Source of the DNA: Salinivirgaceae bacterium
GTDB lineage: Bacteria > Bacteroidota > Bacteroidia > Bacteroidales > SZUA-534
Length of the DNA: 64,000 nucleotides
Direction: 5' to 3'
NCBI GenBank assembly: GCA_024405635.1
Contig: JAKSOL010000002.1
Span: 64,001 to 128,000 of the forward strand
Each line of letters starts with the position of its first letter. Position 1 is the stretch's first letter. The position numbers and the translations under genes were made by a program. Positions 58,567 through 64,000 of this stretch are shown piece after piece. Below the pieces are notes generated by a model. The model was not told the origin of the DNA, searched no databases, and saw only the letters and a list, made by a program, of their open reading frames with translations.

Positions 58567-59562
58567 ATGTTCGAATTAGGACGTATAGGCATTATTGGTG
58601 GCGGAAGTTGGGCCACTGCAATTGCCAAAATAGTGGAAGAAACTCCACAACCGCTTAACTGGTATATGCATGACCAAAATACCATAGAGCACATGAAAAA
58701 AATGGGCAATAACCCCATGTATTTGAGTTCTGTGGAATTTGATACTAAAAACCTTAACCTTACAAGCGACGTTAACGAGGTGGTGGCAAATAGTGATACA
58801 ATTTTGTTTGTTATTCCATCGGCTTATCTAAAAAGCGCACTGCAAGATTTAAAAGTGCCATTGGCAAACAAAACAGTAGTGTCGGCCATTAAAGGTATTG
58901 TACCCGACGAAAATCTGCTTGTAGGCGACTACCTGCATAAGTTTCATAAAGTGCCATATAACAACATAGGCATCATTACAGGCCCTTGCCATGCTGAAGA
59001 GATAGCTCTAGAGCGTTTGTCGTATATAACTGTTGCTTTTACTGAGGAAGAAAAAGCCGTTGCAGTTTCAAATATGTTGAAAAACAGATATGTGCGCACC
59101 ATTATCTCCGACGATATTTTGGGAACTGAATATGCTGCAGTATTGAAAAATATTTATGCACTTGCTGCTGGTGTTTGTTTAGGATTGGGCTACGGCGACA
59201 ACTTTATGGCGGTGCTAATTTCAAATGCTATTCGCGAAATGAAGCGCTTTACCGATAATGTTTATCCAATAAACCGCGATATTAAAGATAGTGCATATTT
59301 GGGCGATTTGCTTGTAACAGCATACTCACAATTCAGTCGAAATCGCTATTTCGGTACAATGATTGGTAAAGGTTATTCGGTTCAACACATAAAAGAAGAG
59401 ATGAATATGGTGGCCGAAGGCTATTTCGCATCAAAATGCATCTACGAGATAAATAAAAAACACAACGTTGATATGCCTATCGCTGAGTGCATTTACCATA
59501 TTTTGTACGAGGAAAAATCACCGCGATCAATGATTAAGGCATTGACAGAAAAACTATCGTAA
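58567..59562 (+). CDS. gpsA: NAD(P)H-dependent glycerol-3-phosphate dehydrogenase
   Basis: GGGSWATA, KGI, GP.HAEE, LKNIYA, GDLLVT..S.FSRN and AEG motifs. TATCTTTG box at 58536-58543. Confidence 0.95.
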   Translation: MFELGRIGIIGGGSWATAIAKIVEETPQPLNWYMHDQNTIEHMKKMGNNPMYLSSVEFDTKNLNLTSDVNEVVANSDTILFVIPSAYLKSALQDLKVPLANKTVVSAIKGIVPDENLLVGDYLHKFHKVPYNNIGIITGPCHAEEIALERLSYITVAFTEEEKAVAVSNMLKNRYVRTIISDDILGTEYAAVLKNIYALAAGVCLGLGYGDNFMAVLISNAIREMKRFTDNVYPINRDIKDSAYLGDLLVTAYSQFSRNRYFGTMIGKGYSVQHIKEEMNMVAEGYFASKCIYEINKKHNVDMPIAECIYHILYEEKSPRSMIKALTEKLS

Positions 59563-59591
59563 CAACTAACAATACTTAAGAATACTGCATT

Positions 59592-61238
59592 ATGCTACCA
59601 AATGTAAATCCAATGCATACCAATGCATGGAAAGAGTTGCAGAAATATTTTGCTGAGTTTAATGGAACTCACATGAAAGACCTTTTTGCTAAAGATGCTG
59701 CCCGTGCTGAAAAATACTCGTTGCAATTGGGCGATATTTTTGTCGATTACTCAAAAAACATTGTTGACGAAAAGGTGATGAGCCTTTTGTTTCAACTTGC
59801 TGAAGAGTGTGGACTGAAGGATGCTATTAAGGCGGAATTTACAGGCGAAAAAATCAATAAAACCGAAAATCGTTCTGTGTTGCACATAGCATTGCGCAAT
59901 CGCGACAGCAAACCAATTATGAGCGATGGCCAAGATGTAATGCCAGGAGTAAACCGTGTGTTAGCTCAAATGAAGGAGTTCTCAAATAAAATTATTTCTG
60001 GCGAGTGGAAAGGCTATACTGGCAAACCAATTACCGATGTTGTTAATGTTGGAATTGGTGGTTCCGATTTGGGTCCACTTATGGTGTGCGAGGCATTGAA
60101 ACCATATAAAACTCGCATAAACAACCACTTTGTGTCAAACATTGACGGCACTCACATGGCCGAAACTTTGAAAAAAGTTAATCCAGAAACCACACTATTC
60201 ATCATTGCTTCAAAAACATTTACCACACTTGAAACAATGACCAACGCAAACACTGCTAAACAATGGTTTCTTGAATCTGCAAAAGATGAAAAAGCGGTTG
60301 CAAAACATTTTGTAGCTCTTTCAACAAACGCCAAAGCTGTTGCCGATTTTGGTATCGATACCAAAAATATGTTTGAGTTTTGGGACTGGGTTGGTGGACG
60401 CTATTCGTTGTGGAGCGCAATAGGCCTTTCAATTTGCTGCTCAATAGGTTTTGATAATTACGAGCAATTGTTGACCGGTGCGTACGAAATGGACAAACAC
60501 TTTGCCGAGTCTGATTTCAACAAAAACATTCCAGTTATTTTGGCATTGATAGGTGTTTGGTACAATAATTTTTATGGAGCCGAAACCGAGGCTATTTTGC
60601 CTTACGACCAATATATGCACCGTTTTTCTGCATATTTCCAACAAGGTAATATGGAGAGCAATGGAAAATGTGTTGACCGCAATGGCAATAAGATTGATTA
60701 CCAAACAGGACCAATTATTTGGGGAGAGCCAGGAACCAACGGTCAGCATGCGTTTTATCAACTAATACACCAAGGTACCAAAATGATTCCTTGCGACTTT
60801 TTGGCACCAGCAATCTCTCAAAATCCAATTGGCGACCACCATGCAAAACTTTTGGCAAACTTTTTTGCTCAACCAGAAGCGTTGATGATGGGAAAAACTG
60901 AGGAGCAAGTAATTGCTGAATTCAAAAAAGAAGGCAAAACCGAAGACCAATACAAAGATCTTGTGGCTTATAAAGTGTTTAAAGGAAATATTCCCACAAA
61001 CTCAATTCTGTTTAAAAAATTGACACCCAAAGTGCTAGGATCGTTGATTGCAATGTATGAGCATAAGATATTTACACAAGGTATCATTTGGAATATTTTC
61101 AGTTTTGATCAATGGGGAGTTCAACTAGGTAAGCAACTTGCTAACGTTATTTTGCCAGAATTACAGAACGATGCAGAAGTAACATCGCACGATAGTTCAA
61201 CAAATGGCTTGATTAACAAGTACAAGGAAATGCGATAG
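59592..61238 (+). CDS. pgi: Glucose-6-phosphate isomerase
   Basis: [40 protein letters not shown] and FDQWGV.LGK motifs. Confidence 0.98.
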   Translation: MLPNVNPMHTNAWKELQKYFAEFNGTHMKDLFAKDAARAEKYSLQLGDIFVDYSKNIVDEKVMSLLFQLAEECGLKDAIKAEFTGEKINKTENRSVLHIALRNRDSKPIMSDGQDVMPGVNRVLAQMKEFSNKIISGEWKGYTGKPITDVVNVGIGGSDLGPLMVCEALKPYKTRINNHFVSNIDGTHMAETLKKVNPETTLFIIASKTFTTLETMTNANTAKQWFLESAKDEKAVAKHFVALSTNAKAVADFGIDTKNMFEFWDWVGGRYSLWSAIGLSICCSIGFDNYEQLLTGAYEMDKHFAESDFNKNIPVILALIGVWYNNFYGAETEAILPYDQYMHRFSAYFQQGNMESNGKCVDRNGNKIDYQTGPIIWGEPGTNGQHAFYQLIHQGTKMIPCDFLAPAISQNPIGDHHAKLLANFFAQPEALMMGKTEEQVIAEFKKEGKTEDQYKDLVAYKVFKGNIPTNSILFKKLTPKVLGSLIAMYEHKIFTQGIIWNIFSFDQWGVQLGKQLANVILPELQNDAEVTSHDSSTNGLINKYKEMR

Positions 61239-61258
61239 AGATTATTTACAATCAAAAT

Positions 61259-61292
61259 AAGAGCGCGTCAGTATTTACTGATGCGCTTTTTT
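61259..61292 (+). terminator. Terminator after pgi
   Basis: AGCGCGTCAGTA-tt-TACTGATGCGCT followed by a T run. Confidence 0.82.
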
Positions 61293-61343
61293 ATTGTTCA
61301 GAAGGTTAGTAAAGGTTACTGCATTAATACGCATTAGGCAAAT

Positions 61344-61377
61344 AAAAAAGCCCCGACGCAAGAGCATCGAGGCTTTT
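61344..61377 (-). terminator. Terminator after nqrF
   Basis: Minus strand AAAAGCCTCGATGC-loop-GCGTCGGGGCTTTTTT. Confidence 0.78.
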
Positions 61378-61396
61378 ATTTCGCAAGATATGATGA

Positions 61397-62668
61397 TTAT
61401 CCACCGAAGTTATCAAACATAATATCTTTTGGTTCAACACCAAGGCTATCAAGCAAATCAAGCACTGTTTTGGCCATCATCGGAGGACCGCACAAGTAGT
61501 ACTCAATGTCCTCAGGTGATTCATGTTGTTTCAAGTAAGTGTCGCCAAGAACTTGTGCAATGAAACCTGCGGTGTATTTAACTCCCAAGTTGTCGGCTTT
61601 TGGATCAGGACGGTCCAAAGCTAAGTGGAAATGGAAGTTTGGATACTCTTTCTCCAACTCAAGGAAGTCTTCCATAAAGAATACTTCGTCAATAGCACGA
61701 GCACCATAGAAGTAGTGCATTTCGCGGTCGCGAGTATGAAGAGTTTTAAGCATGTGCATAATTTGAGCACGCAAAGGAGCCATACCGGCACCACCACCAA
61801 CCCAAATCATCTCTTTCTTCGAATCGAAACGTGGGTGGAAATCTCCGTAAGGTCCGCTCATGATAACCTTGTCGCCAGGTTTTAATGAGAAGATGTAGGT
61901 AGATGCAATACCACATGGCACGTCTTGGAATCCAGGACCTTGCTCTTTTGGTTTGAAAGGAGGTGTTGCAATACGTACAGTCAAGGTGATGATATCACCC
62001 TCGTCTGGGTAGTTGGCCATAGAGTATGCACGTATTGTAGCATCGGTGTTCTTTTGTTTAAGATTGAACAAACCGAATTTTTCCCATACAGGCACATAAA
62101 GGTCGCCAATTAGGCTGCGATCAAAGTCCGCATAGTTAAGGTCATACTCTGGAATTTTGATTTGAGCGTACGAACCTGGAACAAAGTCCATGTGTTCGCC
62201 AGCAGGCAATTTAACCTTAAACTCTTTGATAAACGAAGCAACGTTTTTGTTAGAGATAACTTCGCACTCCCATTCTTTAACGCCAAGAACTGACTCTGGA
62301 ACCTTAATGTCAAGGTCGCCTTTAACCTTAACTTGGCAACCCAAGCGCCAGTGGTCTTGTTGTTGTTTACGGGTGAAGTGTCCTTTTTCTGAATCAAGAA
62401 TTTCGCCTCCGCCTTTAATAACTTGGCATTTGCATTGACCGCAAGAACCTTTACCACCGCAAGCCGAAGGAAGGAACAAACCTTCGTTGGCAAGAGTGCT
62501 AAGTAGGCTAGAGCCTTGGTCGGCCTCTACAACTTTGTCGCCATTGATAGTAATTTTAACCTTGCCTGAAGGGGTAAGGTAGCGTTTTGCAATCAACAGG
62601 ATTGCTACAAGCAAGAGAATAATAACGAGGAAAACCCCGATGCTTGCTAATATTAAATTGATATCCAT
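61397..62668 (-). CDS. nqrF: Na+-translocating NADH:quinone reductase subunit F
   Basis: N-terminal TM; SACGGKGSCGQC (2Fe-2S), RAYSMAN, GGGAGMAP, YYLCGPPMM motifs; ends FDNFGG. Confidence 0.97.
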   Translation of the reverse strand: MDINLILASIGVFLVIILLLVAILLIAKRYLTPSGKVKITINGDKVVEADQGSSLLSTLANEGLFLPSACGGKGSCGQCKCQVIKGGGEILDSEKGHFTRKQQQDHWRLGCQVKVKGDLDIKVPESVLGVKEWECEVISNKNVASFIKEFKVKLPAGEHMDFVPGSYAQIKIPEYDLNYADFDRSLIGDLYVPVWEKFGLFNLKQKNTDATIRAYSMANYPDEGDIITLTVRIATPPFKPKEQGPGFQDVPCGIASTYIFSLKPGDKVIMSGPYGDFHPRFDSKKEMIWVGGGAGMAPLRAQIMHMLKTLHTRDREMHYFYGARAIDEVFFMEDFLELEKEYPNFHFHLALDRPDPKADNLGVKYTAGFIAQVLGDTYLKQHESPEDIEYYLCGPPMMAKTVLDLLDSLGVEPKDIMFDNFGG

Positions 62669-62689
62669 TGTTGTTATGCTTTTTTACAA

Positions 62690-63316
62690 TTATAGTTTAA
62701 GACCCGAAAAACACATAAATGACATTGCCATTAAACCTACGACAATGAAAGTGATGCCGAGTCCGCGTAGTGCAGCTGGGACGTGCGAGTATGCCATTTT
62801 TTCACGAATAGCAGCCAACGCAACAATAGCCATCAACCAACCAATGCCCGAGCCAAGTGCATAACCAATAGCATCAACAACACCGCCAATATATTTGGGG
62901 TCGGTAGCGTCAAGGCCAATGCGTTGTTGCATAAACAACGATGCACCCATAATTGCGCAGTTTACAGCAATAAGTGGAAGGAAAATACCAAGCGATGCGT
63001 ACAACGATGGTGCGAAACGCTCAACAACCATTTCAACCAATTGCACAATACCTGCAATTACGGCAATGAATAGAATGAATCCCAAGAAACTAAGGTCAAC
63101 TCCTTTAATTAAGCAGTCAGGACCTAGAACTTTGGTTTGCAAAAGGTAGTTTACAGGAAGTGTAACCACCAACACAAATATTACAGCCAAACCCAAGCCT
63201 AATGCAGTCTTAACAGTTTTTGATACTGCCAAGTACGAGCACATGCCTAGGAAGAAGGCGAATATCATATTGTCCACAAAAATAGAGCGGACAAATAGGT
63301 TCAAAAAATTATCCAT
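62690..63316 (-). CDS. nqrE: Na+-NQR subunit E
   Basis: [26 protein letters not shown] and LRGLGITFI motifs. Confidence 0.96.
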   Translation of the reverse strand: MDNFLNLFVRSIFVDNMIFAFFLGMCSYLAVSKTVKTALGLGLAVIFVLVVTLPVNYLLQTKVLGPDCLIKGVDLSFLGFILFIAVIAGIVQLVEMVVERFAPSLYASLGIFLPLIAVNCAIMGASLFMQQRIGLDATDPKYIGGVVDAIGYALGSGIGWLMAIVALAAIREKMAYSHVPAALRGLGITFIVVGLMAMSFMCFSGLKL

Positions 63317-63339
63317 ATTAGTATCTCTGTTTTAAGTGG

Positions 63340-63975
63340 TTACTTTTCTTGCAATTCTTTGCGATGAGCACGTTGCCACCAAATGATGCAACCCAAGATG
63401 ATAAGAGCCATAGGAGCCAATACCATCAAACCGTTGTTTTGATAGCCTGCTTTCTCAATGCATTCGTAGTTAAGAATGTTGATGCCGAACAAAGTTCCAG
63501 CGCCAAATAACTCGCGGAAGAATGCTACAATAATCAAAATTTTTGCATAACCCAAGCCGTTGCCCAAACCATCAAGGAACGATGCCCAAGGTCCGTTTTG
63601 CATTGCAAAAGCCTCCAAACGGCCCATCAAAATACAGTTGGTAATAATAAGACCAATGTAAACTGAAAGTTGCACGCTGATGTCGTATGCAAAAGCTTTC
63701 AAAATCTCGCTAACCAAAGTTACCAATGTTGCAACTACAACCAACTGTACCACAATACGAATGCGGCTTGGAATGGTGTTGCGCAACAACGAAATAATAA
63801 CGTTGGCAAAAGCAACAATAATTGTTACAGAAAGACCCATTACAATTGCAGGTTTCAACTCTGCTGTTACTGCCAAAGCTGAGCAGATACCTAGAACCTG
63901 TACAGTTACAGGGTTGTTCAAACCAAGAGGATTTACGAATGCCTCTTTATTTTTCTTTGAAAATAATTCGCTCAT
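63340..63975 (-). CDS. nqrD: Na+-NQR subunit D
   Basis: NNP..QVLGICSALAVT, GLIITNCI.MGR.EAFA and RELFG.G motifs. Confidence 0.96.
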   Translation of the reverse strand: MSELFSKKNKEAFVNPLGLNNPVTVQVLGICSALAVTAELKPAIVMGLSVTIIVAFANVIISLLRNTIPSRIRIVVQLVVVATLVTLVSEILKAFAYDISVQLSVYIGLIITNCILMGRLEAFAMQNGPWASFLDGLGNGLGYAKILIIVAFFRELFGAGTLFGINILNYECIEKAGYQNNGLMVLAPMALIILGCIIWWQRAHRKELQEK

Positions 63976-63988
63976 AGTTTAATCCTCC

Positions 63989-64000
63989 TTATTTGGTTAA
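63989..64000 (-). CDS. nqrC: Probable 3' end of nqrC (last 3 codons plus stop)
   Basis: Minus strand TTA ACC AAA TAA just upstream of nqrD. Identity inferred only from the conserved nqrABCDEF order. Confidence 0.45.
   Translation of the reverse strand, partial: LTK

Noticed and set aside
1-64000. rRNA, tRNA, integrase, transposase, prophage or invertible promoter
   Set aside because: None recognised. Intergenic gaps are short, and I saw no cloverleaf or promoter-flanking inverted-repeat pair.

Overview
This 64-kb window is chromosomal DNA from an anaerobic Bacteroidota (Bacteroidia/Bacteroidales-like) bacterium. Support: TAnnTTTG -7 promoter boxes, AT-rich SD-less translation starts, a Bacteroides-type three-gene fumarate reductase, Na+-NQR, and an Lnb-like protein. 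Most of it is housekeeping: surE (partial), tsaE, purN, rnhA, pyrE, gpmI, uvrA, trpB2, aroK, ispD, frdCAB, galM, pnp, rpsO, folA, purL, rimP-nusA-infB, apbE, tdk, rsmI, thiL, gpsA, pgi and nqrDEF. Scattered among these, with no susC/susD pair, are secreted or lipoprotein hemicellulose enzymes (GH95, GH51, CE2-like, divergent GH9, GH43) and a FucP-type sugar symporter. I saw no rRNA, tRNA, CRISPR array, transposase, integrase or prophage gene. The most interesting signals are: (i) an orphan STAND-like ATPase-wHTH gene between folA and purL, preceded by three tandem 15-bp doubly palindromic repeats over its promoter and bracketed by an imperfect copy of the folA 3' end; (ii) pyrE and a NUDIX gene placed back-to-back with zero spacer (CATATG), with promoters inside each other's ORFs and an apparently leaderless pyrE; (iii) structured leaders on pnp and rimP; (iv) two near-identical terminator hairpins; and (v) a perfect Shine-Dalgarno before nqrD. 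All calls come from motif recognition; no database searches were run.
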